From positions 496,001-560,000 of the forward strand of contig NMRA01000132.1 of assembly GCA_002633005.1 (NCBI GenBank): a DNA stretch of 64,000 nucleotides, read 5' to 3'. Below, one piece after another: positions 35,990-47,709 of this stretch. The notes below the pieces were generated by a model, which saw only the letters and a program-made list of their open reading frames with translations, did not search any database and was not told the DNA's origin. Source of the stretch: Phoronis australis. Taxonomy: Eukaryota; Animalia; Phoronida. The position numbers and the translations under genes are program-made. The first letter of the stretch is position 1. Each line of letters opens with the position of its first letter.

Positions 35990-38900
35990 GTGAGTACGTT
36001 TTCAGACGTAAGTTTGGACTAGACATATAGTAATAACGCCATCTCGGAGTCATCCACGTGCTCACGTTGCCCTTGTTTTGCTTACAAGCCCTTTTTGCGA
36101 GGCCATTAACCTGAACTGGGCCTCAGGGCGATGCGAATACACTGCCTGTGGTTGTCGTAGGCATACAGGGGGTGGCCCTGTGATAGGAATGCTCAACGTA
36201 TTTGCTGTTTGATTGGTAGAATGAAGCTAGGGAAACAATATGTTGTGAAAAAGTTACACCTGTTAATGATATAACCCCAACTCGTTTTCAGGTTTTAACA
36301 GTAGGTTGTCACTCAAGCACGAAGATTTTAATTCAGCTGCCCCCCCAGCAATAATCTAAGTTTACCAGGTCTACAAATCCCTACTGTTATGGATGGGAAA
36401 AGACAATAATTACAGATTTCCTCAGTGATGAACATGGCGGTTCGCTGTCGACCACTAATTTTTCCACTATGTGCAAAGATCAAACTTTAATAGGATTTGT
36501 ACTCGCTAGTTAACGTAAAATGAAGTATGGCCTTAGTGGATTGCATGGAATGTCATATCAAGCAATGTTGCCTCAAAGTCAATCACTTTCCTCTGATCAA
36601 CAGTTCTAGAAATAGCCATTTTAGCCCATCTTTAAGGTTATGTTGAACCCTAGAAAAATGTCCAGTTTTGACCAATTTTGGATCATCATACCTCAAAAAC
36701 AGCAAGTCGGGCTCACTGAAACTTTCAGGTACGACTGCACTGTGCTTTACGCACTCTTCTAAAAGTTGTTAAGAATTATTTTTAAAATGTTCCACTTTTG
36801 CATGACGGGCTATCAAACATAGGAATAACGTGATTTTTAAAGTTGCATAAAACTAAACAATTAACATGTATAAAACTGTAACAGCGTTTTTGAGATTTTA
36901 TTTTCAACGTACATAGCATGAAATTTTCTCATGTTATTGATCCTGTTGTTTTGATATGAATGCACCTTTCTTTTTTGCTAAATTTTACCAAAAAAGAATG
37001 GTCAAGTGACATAATTAATAGCAGATTAATATAAAGTCAAAAATAAATTCTGTAAAATATGTACTTTTGTTGAGTTGAATTCTAGAGTTTAGTAGATATT
37101 AGGCCGAATATACAGTCTTGTGGGTAAGACCCTAAGTAACCTACAAGACCTGGTAGTGGCATGACCTTCCCGGATCAGACACTACAGTGACTGTACAAAC
37201 TTGTAGACAAGATCAGACAATCAACAATTACATGATCAAACACAATGGCAAGGCTTAAGTGTAAACCAAATAACAGAGAGATGGGACAAGGGGTGCGCCC
37301 AGATTCTAAGAAGGTTAAGTGGCTTGTTTTGTGGTTTAAAGATATTATATTACCCTACAAGAGTTAACACAGTTTTATATCTGCATATGGGCTCTTCCAA
37401 GGGATAGTTAATATATACATACCCCCCTCCCCATAATCATTTTCTTGTTGGTAATAATTCTAGGTCCTGAAATGAATTAACAATCTTCAGTATTTTCAGA
37501 CAGTTGCCGCTTTTCTATAACCTCTATTGGCTTGATATTTTAAATGAAAGTGTCACAGGATGTAGACCAAGAAAAGTGAGACTCTGAATCAGTACTGGTG
37601 AATTCTTTGTTTGCTTTATAAATAGGTGTATTGTTGGGTAGACACAAGACATGTTTATGTGCCTGGTCTGAAAGAACTTGCATATCTGAGCAGGTATGCC
37701 CTTACACTTCTGTGGGATTAGTTGTAATCTTACCTATTTTGATACAATCAGTAACAGATACTAAAATTGTCAAGTGTCTTGTTTTCTAAAGACTGAACTT
37801 TTGACCGTTGTTCTTCTTATGCCCTGAAAAGATTCACTAGTTTTTGACAGTGTAATAAAATTCGGACATTATTTTTTGCTCCAGATAAATATTTCCTTAA
37901 CTTTGTTTAAAAGGAACATGTGTGTCTTAGTTGAACATTCACTTTTCACGATTATTTACTCAGCTTACTTTTTGTTTATTTGTAAACAGTCCGATGTTAG
38001 TGTGACATAGAGATTTAGTTTTTCAGCAAACATAACCTTGTTGATTTAGGTAAAGTCACTGTTTGAGTTGTCCCAAATCATTTGCTTTTAATATTAGACA
38101 AAAGTAGACAGAACTTACAGAACATGAATATTTTATTAACCCACCCAAGTCCGGAAATTTTGATTCATTGTAATTTGGTTGTTGTGTGAGTGCTTCCACT
38201 CTCGGTTTGTTCAAAATCACCGTTTTACTACTAAAATTGCATTTGCAGGTAATTGACACTTTCCTCGTCATTTGCTTTACTGCTTCTTAACAGACAGTTG
38301 GTGACCCAACCAAATTTTATTACTATTACTAGTTCTACTACTACAGGCTCAACATAACAGAGTAAACTCCCGAAAATATGAGTGAAAAAAAGTAAAATAC
38401 AAGTAGAAAATTGACCTAATGGTTTTACTTGTATGGGCACAAAGCTGAGGTTAACTCGTTAGGTGTAAGAGAACGTTATGGAAATTATCATAATTGCAAG
38501 ACAGTGTACACAATACTGTAAAACTGACCTGTAATTTGGATTTTATGTGTGACACAACAGCTTGTGAGTAGACTGTTATCTAAGGTTTTATGCAGCTGTA
38601 GTACTAGAGCTCAATAATTCATGCCTGTCAATGGAATTTCATGTAGTAGAAAACAGAAAAATTATGATACAAACATTTTTGTGCTCTACACTAAAAAAGG
38701 TAATGCATTTTGAAAACTGCTTTGTCAATCAAAAATACCCTAAACAAAGAACTCGATGACATTTTTCATAAAACAATGGAAACAAGTGCTTTCTACCATG
38801 TAGACGTTATTGGCCTCAGCCCTCAAGAGCTTTTGCAGTTGAAACCTGAAGGTCCTGAAGTTGTTACATAATTGCCTAGTAATTTATGGCCTCATTCATA

Positions 38901-41900
38901 TAAATAGGGCATGTTTTATTAGGCACATTGGATGGCCACTTTGGCCAACCTGCATAAACATAGACCAGTGCAGTAAACTTTTGTTATGTTTACAATACTG
39001 TTGATTACACTCTCAACAGTTTTCTAAGGACTGGGTCCTGAGTCCTGTTCTCATAATATCCTGAAGTGTGGTCACTGGGGCTTTCACAGTCTTCAATTAA
39101 TTATGAATTATCAAAAACCTATGAGTGGGGGTCCTTGTGTGAATTTTAGTCAACAACTGGCTTTAGAAGTTTGTTCAGTCAAGTGGCAATGCCCCCTGAT
39201 GCAGTTACCTTGTTTCACTGTTTATGTAATTTGACTATTGCTTTGGAACATCCCATTTCACACAACACTGAGTGTCAAGTTTTGAACTTTGATTTTGCTA
39301 CAAGTTTACTTAGGCTTATTATTTTCTATGTTTATATAGTCTGTGGTCAGAATGGAGCTTTTCAGTGATATTTTTTGTAGGACCTTATCAACAAATTTGT
39401 GTAATCAGCCAAATATTTACAAAACCATTTAATTCATTTCAAGAAAACAGGAAGATAATGAATGGTTTAACAAACATATATAGGTAAATGTCGACCCTGT
39501 GCATACAAATGTTTCTTCCGATTAGGCTTCCCTTGTGGACAAAGTGATCTGTGTCTTTTAAACCTCTAAAATGTCTACAAGACTGTGTCAACTGAAGTTT
39601 GAAAGGAGTCTCGCCAGACCTTGCCTAATCACCTGTTATTGTGTTTATTGGTAATTGTCAGTTATCATATGCATAATATGGTTGTGTGTACCCAAGTGTT
39701 AACTTCTGGGTATAACTAAAAACGCATTTACGCATCCTATGATCTGTTGAGTTTTGACTAAAAATGCATTATCATTAAAGTATTTATTTCAGCATACTTG
39801 TTACACAATTGTCAAATATATACCCTTATATATGTACTATGTACTGTATATACAAAATATGTTTTGCTTTATATATTTAACGTGTAGCACTATGCCACCT
39901 TCTGCAAATTATGTACTACTATATACAAAATATTTATCATTATATACAGAATATTTACCGCTCACACTATGTACAAAATAACTATAACTGTACGCTTTTA
40001 ATGCATCATGTTGTATTTCAGATTAGATTGTGGTGAACAGGTAAACACTAGTGATATTCAGTAATTTCTAGATGTGCATAGTTCCGCAAGTACACAAGTT
40101 ATTTTATTGACTATTGTAGCGCTTTTGATTCACTGCACAATATGCAACTTGCCTTGAAGATATTAGTTAACTATTGGTTCTAGATTGGTTTTACATGTAG
40201 TTTGTGTGAATTGTTTTATTTCGTCTGGCAATAATCGGATACCGTGCCCACATTTTGTGAACCATTTAGATGTTCGTTATTCAGTGGGAAAAATAGTTCT
40301 CAAAGTTTGGGCACGTTATATCAGACTATTACTGCTTTGTCTTATAAAACCATTGAAAAGATAAAAATAACCCTTGGTTACAATTTACCTGATGTGTCAC
40401 AGTCTCGATGTTCTGAGCTCAGAGAACCAGATTCCTGAATTTTGTAAATGAATTTGTGAAACCGAAGAAGGAGGCTGGTGCAAAGTTCTGGTACTTCTCA
40501 CTGTTTGCAATAAATTTGGCATCAAACCAAACTTTGTTCATTACTTTTTTAACAAAACCATTTAATCTACATACCAGTAATACAAAATGTTCTCACTCAT
40601 ATTGACTGATTCATCCAACTTGTCATATTGGACAACTAGGGGAGATAAGTTTCATGTATTTTCATCGTTTCCTAGCTGTTACAACACTGTGTAAGTTACC
40701 ATAAATAGTTTTAAAACTATTAATGTAGTGCTTATTTACGGTAATTGTTTGACTAATCAGTGCCTTGCTTCATTGGTTAGAAAGAAAAATCAACTTAGGC
40801 GGTTTACTCTCATAATATTGCTAACCGTGATAAGATTGTATTTTTGTGACCAAGAAATAGAATCCTTTGGCAACGAATATTATGAGACCAATTTTATGAG
40901 AGTACAACTAAACGGCCTAATTTGGTTTTCATTCTGATACAACTGAACATAGCGAAATGTAGCTTTTATGCACAGCACTAGACTTGCATTGTGAAAAGTC
41001 TGCAAGTATTAGCACTAAAGACAATTGAAATTTGATTGTCTGGGGTGAAATCAGTCCATATGTGCTCTGTGAGGGTATGTATGTAAAGGCCAAGAATATG
41101 TGGGTTTATCTGGTGTTGAAGTTCAGTAAATATCCTCCTACTCTTATCAAATTCCGTAACCTCCCAAACTCTTTGAGTTCTCAAATTGCTTTTACTTCCT
41201 TGATGATTATTGGTTCCAACCTGCAGGTGGAGTTTGCGAGGTGTTTGAACCTGAAAAGGGTACATTTTATCAAAATAACCATTACATAACTTCTAATTGA
41301 ATTTTATTGCATTAATAAAAAATGGCCTCATACAAAAATTGAGGCTGAAGTAGAATTTTTGATAGTTCTTCGAATGGCAACTGCTATTTTGAAGGCTGTT
41401 GCTCCTGGCTCAAGCAGGGAGAGGTTAATATATGAATTGTGGGCAAACGTTAAAGATTAAAAGTGAGCAAACAGGTATTTCCGACTTCGCAGTGAATTGT
41501 TAGTAACTGTGTGGATTACTTAGCAACTGGGAAATGTGACATGAAATATTAACATCACATTAATAAATTCTGAGGTTACCCAGTGTGCTGATATTAGGAA
41601 ATTAGTTTGCCATACATTATGTTTCTACAAATCTCCTTGATGGTGACCTCTCAGTCCTGCTCTCGTTTTTTATCATTTTGTAATGATTAGCTGCATGTGG
41701 CTAATTTGTTGATTGGATTCGAGAGCGGAGGTCATCGTCATGTCAATTTATGATGGATCTGTAACATAGAGCAAGATGGCTGAACTTGGCAAAAGGTTAT
41801 CATATTTGTTAGCGTTGACCTCATTCTTCTAGATGCTCTTCTGAAGTTTCAAAAACTTCCTCAGCCCCATGTCCTATTATACATTCAATTCCATACAATG

Positions 41901-43249
41901 CACTGGGGGACTTTCAGGTCCCTTGAAAAGTGTCCTTGTCTTGGGGAATGCCACTATACAAAATTTCAAATGTCAAATTATGGGTTATTTTCTTACCCTT
42001 CATTAAGTGAGCCAAATTTGACAGGCTTTAAAAATTTGCCCATCTCTCCTTGAAAAGATATAAGAAGTACTAATCACTGAAGATGTCAAATATTAAGCTA
42101 TGCACTTGTAAATACGGTAGTCACATCCAGACCTCAACTCTGTTGACAGACATGAATGCATAATGCATTTAGATACGTATTTGCATACTCCTGACTGTAT
42201 ATGTGTAGAAGGAATTAAACGACAATGCTATTTTATTTTAACATAATCTACCCTAAACAAAGTGCAGTTGTATTGATTGACAACTTGTAAATGTGAAAAC
42301 GAAAAATTCTGCATACAGGTGACCTTTGCATTAATGACATACCTCGCGGGCTCACATAGCCCACATCATGCAGTGTTATTCCCCAGCACCACGACACGAT
42401 TCTTACTGGACACGGTTCAGTGATTTGCGGCGGATCATTTTCTCCACAGAACTCGTTCTTAAAAAATATTTGTCAATTTTCAATCTACTTCAACTTCACA
42501 TCATTGCTTGATGTTGTGTTTCTAATTTGTCCAAGCAATCACAGAGATAAGGAATTAGCATGTAAGCTCCACTTAAATGGGCATTAGTTTCAATCACTTG
42601 TTCAACTATACCAAAGGCTTAATTTTTAATTACTCATGCTTGACTGATCAACAGCTGTGCTGATTTTTTTAATTTTCACTGTTACAGTACACAGAACGAC
42701 AAGTGGCTTTGTCTGAGCCCTCTTAAGCGGAGCTGGAAAAGTTTTTTCTTCTGATAAACCCTCGCTGCACGTTTTAGGATTTTAAGAGACTTTCCGATAG
42801 CTTTAGCATAACGTGTTCTGCACAACGAGGCCCTGTCCTCTTCTGTATGCATGTGTCTGAAGCTGATAAGTCACATGTCCTAGTTTTGTTGATCCAGGTT
42901 GTTAGTGGCGACAAAGTTAGAATTGATCTTCAGTCATAGATCATTTATTATTGATCTGAGAAACCCTGGCCTTTATTTCCAGCTTTTATACCTGATCATG
43001 CCACCTGAAACTTAATTAACATCCTGGGGCTCTCTCCTCTCGTAATGAATGAGGGGAGAGGTGTCCCACCTTAACCAACACAATATTTAATGGGCAACCA
43101 GGCAAATGGATAATTACATGCGGTCTGGTGTACATGTGCAGGCCGCTTGGGAGGGCCCATTGCACTGATCACCTAGAACCATTTTTGTGCTTTATTAATA
43201 TGTAGTTAAAACCGAGCTGAAATGCTGGAGACCTGACTCGAGGTTCTAG

Positions 43250-43322
43250 CAGTGTGCCCCGGTAAGACTCGAACGCATGAACTTGAGTAAAGGAAGCTAA
43301 CAGTCTTTTCACACTAGGCTTC
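43250..43322 (-). mobile_element. Degenerate tRNA-derived (SINE-like) head
   Basis: A-box-like AGCCTAGTG and B-box GTTCGAGTC at tRNA spacing; no intact cloverleaf. Confidence 0.4.
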
Positions 43323-43379
43323 ACTCCCTCCTCTGCGAATGGATATTATTAGGTAACCTAGGTAATACCAGTGATGAAA

Positions 43380-43556
43380 ATCTAAGAGACAATGTCAGTA
43401 CCTCATTTTCTTTGACAGACTGGTCCTGCACCCTGGTGTCAGTCACAAACTTTTGCCAAATTCTTGTGAGTGCCTTCTCTGTGGGAAAACGTATAGTGCC
43501 TAAGCGTGATTGAAATCCATGTTGTGGCAACTGGCATAAACACAACACCTCAACAT
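43380..43556 (-). mobile_element. THAP-domain remnant, probably from a DNA transposon
   Basis: MLRCCVYASCHN, then after a stop and frameshift RFPTEKALTRIWQKFVTDTR, matching the THAP C-x-x-x-x-C..FP..W..F pattern. Confidence 0.55.
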
Positions 43557-44055
43557 TGTCAAAAATTTCTCTAAAATGTGAAAATATTGAGCAGTCTCTC
43601 CACAATCACGTACTGACAATAGAGAGTTGAGGCTAATGGTATTGCCAGTTCACGCAGTTAGGACAGTCAAGAGTAAGCCAGCGGCTAATTAGTTGTCTCT
43701 GATGTGTACTTCAAGGATCTCACTGTGGTCTTATCTGTAGCTCCCAAATCTCATTTCACTTTCGAAAATGGTACGGTTAACATTTAAATCTGATAAATAC
43801 AATTAAATATTATCCCAATTCCAATGATTTCATATTAATGTTTGTTTAAGAAAACGTTAATAATTGTAGTCTCAATGTAGTATTGAAGTTTTGTAACAAA
43901 ATAACTTAGTTGTGAACAAAACAGTTTGGTTTCATAGTTATTGGGAAGGGTCTTCAGTCGTCTTATCCCCAATGTCTATTATTGTTTTGTGATAACATGC
44001 GGGATTTGAAAGTGAACAAAAATTAAAATATGGTTACCTGTTTTCTCATTTACAG

Positions 44056-44481
44056 TCTTACCAGCGATCGTCATACTTGGTTGGAGGTTCATACACGCCC
44101 CCTTCACGATCTTCAACGTACTCACGTGTGCTGGACTATTCTGCGCGAGGACTTTACAGGAGTGGATTAAGTCGTTCTCATTCTTTTACTAAATCGTATT
44201 CACCCTCACATTACTCTCCAGCATCGGACTCTTTTTCATCACGTAGACCATTCACCAATGGAACCCCAGTCTCGTCTAGTCCCTTCTTGCAGTCCACGTA
44301 TTCATCTCGGACACCAGAGGTATCTACCAGGTCATACAGCTCACTCCATGGAAGCTCAAAAGAGGGCACTGCCAGTTGTGACTCTCTGAGTGGAGGCCAA
44401 AGCCCCAGTTCAAATGAAAGTCTAGCTAGTGTGCAGGAGAGGCTTGAGAAGATCACATGCTTGGAGGAGCTACAAACACTT
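44056..44481 (+). CDS. SMTN: Smoothelin-like exon (S/Y/R-rich linker plus first half of motif 1)
   Basis: Acceptor ctcatttacag; open for 426 nt, ending LEKITCLEELQTL; donor CTT|GTAAGT. Confidence 0.85.
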
Positions 44482-45325
44482 GTAAGTATTAATCACTGCA
44501 GTGGTTGTAAACTGGAATCCTAGATAGCCGGTATCATATTTATTGATTTTGAACGCACTAGCCAGTCTAATATTCATATCATTGCCCGCAAATTATAAAG
44601 TTTTGAAGATTGAAGTTTTTTGAGTACTAGTTCTTACTTTTCCTGTTTGATGAATACTTGCACTGTTGAGGTGGTGCAGATGGAAAGTTTTTATGGCATA
44701 GAAGTTTTTTTGTCATTTGCTGGTGAGGATTTCTGTGCCTGGATGTTGGTCTGTGAATATCTCAAGATCGTAGTTTGAAATTTCTGGTCCATTTATGAAA
44801 CTTTAGTAAAATATGTTTCTGTTCTTCAATCACATTTCAGTTTTAGCGCACCCAGCTTGGCAAACGTTACAGTTCAGCATTGACTGTTCAAAAAACTTTC
44901 TCAACTTCAATCAGGTCTCACTGCCCTGGTGTTTTTAATTCCCTTACTAAGTGAACAACTCGTCTTTGCCTTGTTCAGCCAGGCGTCTCTCATGGACACT
45001 TAGGGTAATGGTCCTTACAACAAAATCGACTGGTGGAAAAATGTTCAACGTTTGCACGCATGGATTCATATCAATTATTGAATTGTTCAACTGTAGTAAG
45101 TTTTCAGGGTTATTTGTGAATGACCTGCTCTAGCTTACACTGAGATGCAGTTGTTGTGTCCATTGAAAACAAACTGACCACCTCATCTCTAGTGAATTGT
45201 TATGGAGTGTTTTTGGTATGCGTTCCTCTGTTTTAATGTGTTGTCTGATTTCTGTCCTAAAATTGAATTTGTTTATTATATATTATTTGCAATGGGTGCT
45301 GATTGTTTTCAAATTTCTTGTGTTC

Positions 45326-45580
45326 CTGGGGCCCGTCCCAAGAAAACTGACTTAGCTAAGCCAATTGTTAAATTTAAGTCAATTTTAAGATAAAACTTCA
45401 ATTTGTCTTAAGTCCATTCCAAGAAGGTGATCTTAAGTATGACGTAAGATTTTGACTTAAGTTTTGTCTTAAGTTCAACTAACTCACCGGGTGTGGATGG
45501 TTCAAAGATTGGAAGTTAAGACAAATCTTAGACATTATGTCAAAAATGAGCCTTAGTCAGTTTCTTGGAACAGGCCCCTG
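45326..45580. mobile_element. Harbinger-like MITE with CTG TSD (second copy 47805-48058)
   Basis: CTG|GGGCCCGTCCCAAGAAAACTGACT ... AGTCAGTTTCTTGGAACAGGCCC|CTG. Confidence 0.8.
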
Positions 45581-47469
45581 AACTACTGATGGCACCCTTC
45601 AAATGTGATTTCTGAATAGAAGTTGATTTTTTCCAAGTGCTGATTGGCCACCAGCTCTTTATACAGATATGAAACACCATGTTTACTTACAGGCACATAC
45701 ACATATGTATGGTGCTGGTGTGGGTGTTTTATAAGTGATTTTCATTAAAAAACTTTAGTAATTATGTTGATATTATGAGAATTTGCAGTGTCTAATTAAT
45801 CCAATTATTTCAAAGGTTTTAATCATGTTTTATTTGCTAATTGTCAATAAAATAAGCACTGCATGCCTGAGGACTGAAGGGTATTGGCCGGTGTTATTCC
45901 AAGGGGGGGGGTTATAATTGGATCGAAAAAGGTCTTGGAATACGTCACAAATAACTGAACCATGGCAACTAGGGTATAAGGGATGTGGTTGGAAAGTATT
46001 GACTCCCCCCCCCCATTACGAGGCTGGGGTGATTTATTGTTTTGGATATTGACACCAGTTTTGGAACTATTTTTGTAGTATCCCTAGCACACAGTTGTTT
46101 TTTCTCATTATTTCTTCTTATTTTGCCGGGAATGACAAATTTGTTGTTGTTTCAATTGTTAAGTGTGTGACCGTTCTGAGGGTTTGTTCCATTGGGACTG
46201 TTCCTGAGGACGTCCTTCCTACTTGGGTGGGTGGTTTGTAATCTTGCTTCAGGGCATGATGATTTATGTTCTGGGTATAATGTCTGTGGTTGTTAATTTT
46301 CAAATTGGAGTGCATCTTTGCACTGTTGAAGTAATTCTTTCATTGTGATGGGATCAAACTATAAATTACAACTGTGTCAATCCACCATGCAAAGTAATTT
46401 GTCTTCTGCCAATGGACCTTCCCACATTATACACAAAGGTGGCTCAGTCACCAGTAATAGTTGTGTTTGGCTATAAGTGTCAGGTTGACCATGTACATTA
46501 TGTAATTTGAAAGATCATGTGCAGCCCATAATATACATTGACTTCCCTAGGATTTTGTTATCGGCTCAGGTGTCTCATTTTTTCACGTAGGTACCAAGAT
46601 ATTTCATTTATTTCTGCATGATGACTGCGCTGAAGCGTACGGTTTGTTTTCAAACAAAAACCCACTGATTGACTGTAAGCCAACTGTTGTGCTTAGATTG
46701 TGTTTCCACATGGTTTTGAGAGTTTCTTGTAAAACACATGCAATACAAGATGTCCAGGGGGTGTTAGTTAAAAAATTTTTAGAGTGGGAATTAATGATGG
46801 AGAATTATGACTTGAATTTTGATCTAAATGTTCATAATGTATGATTCACTTTTAGGTTTATAGATTTTAGCATAAGAAATAGTAACATGTAAATTTTTTA
46901 GAATAAGTCTTGTGTTATGTTTCGTATTTCTTTGTCATGCAAGTACCGCAGTCGTAGTTACGGTGTCTTTGCACATCTTGTGTATCTTTCAGCTATCAAT
47001 TTTGGATAGCAGATAGTTTTCTGTGTTAATTGGGTTTACTGGTATTTAATATGGGACTGAGTTGAAGTTGAGTTTACAAGCCAGGCTGTGCCCTTGGAGT
47101 TGTGAATGCAAGATGGGACATTTGTTAACAAAAGCAGTGAACCAAACCCAAATGGCCCAACATTCCAACCACAAGAGAGTCATCCTCCTGACCAGATGAC
47201 CCTTTCACACTTTAGCTGTACACACAGGCAGGTTGCTCTGAAGTGTATGTTATCAGACCACTGCTGGTCACAATCTGCTGCACTCAAAAACTGTGTGTTT
47301 ACATTTCATGGTTTTGAGTATTTGTTTAACGATGGACGTTAGGCTGTGGCTGCCATTACGGTATCTGAGCAATCCCTTCAGTGGACTGTGACCAGCGTTC
47401 CCCTCACGGGCAGGGGGGGGGTACTAAGTACTTCCGTGGAAGATATATTAGACGTTCTACTTAGAAGGG

Positions 47470-47709
47470 TGACTTTCTTGACCAGTTTCCCTATAAAAGG
47501 TACCTTTTCCTACAAAATTTTATACAAAATGGTGACTTTTACTACAAATTTCTATACAAAAGTGTGACTTTACTACAAAAGTCTATGCAAAAGGGTGACT
47601 TACAGTAGAAAATTCTATACAAAAACAGCAACTGCACAAATACAGATAGAAGGATGCATTTTCCTGCAAAATTCCATTCAAAAAGATGACTTTTCCTACA
47701 AAATTTCTT
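47470..47709 (+). repeat. Degenerate minisatellite of about 30 bp (second copy 49957-50196)
   Basis: Repeated GTGACTTT..CTACAAAATT.TATACAAAA units. Confidence 0.7.

Noticed and set aside
35392-35993. Overlapping ORFs of 91-130 aa
   Set aside because: Non-ATG starts and no domain; better explained as promoter or 5' UTR of the smoothelin-like gene.
37617-37699. TATAAATAG followed by CAG|GTATGC as an alternative promoter and exon
   Set aside because: Such short motifs are expected by chance in AT-rich introns, and there is no in-frame ATG to join exon 44056.
41060-41230. BEL/Pao remnant (minus-strand NLIRVGGYL, like GLIRVGGRL)
   Set aside because: A single short motif among stop codons; too weak to call.
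43250-43322. tRNA gene
   Set aside because: A/B boxes are present but the acceptor and anticodon stems do not form, so it is treated as SINE-like.
47470-47709. CRISPR-like repeat array
   Set aside because: Degenerate contiguous units with no unique spacers, no cas genes, and a eukaryotic context.
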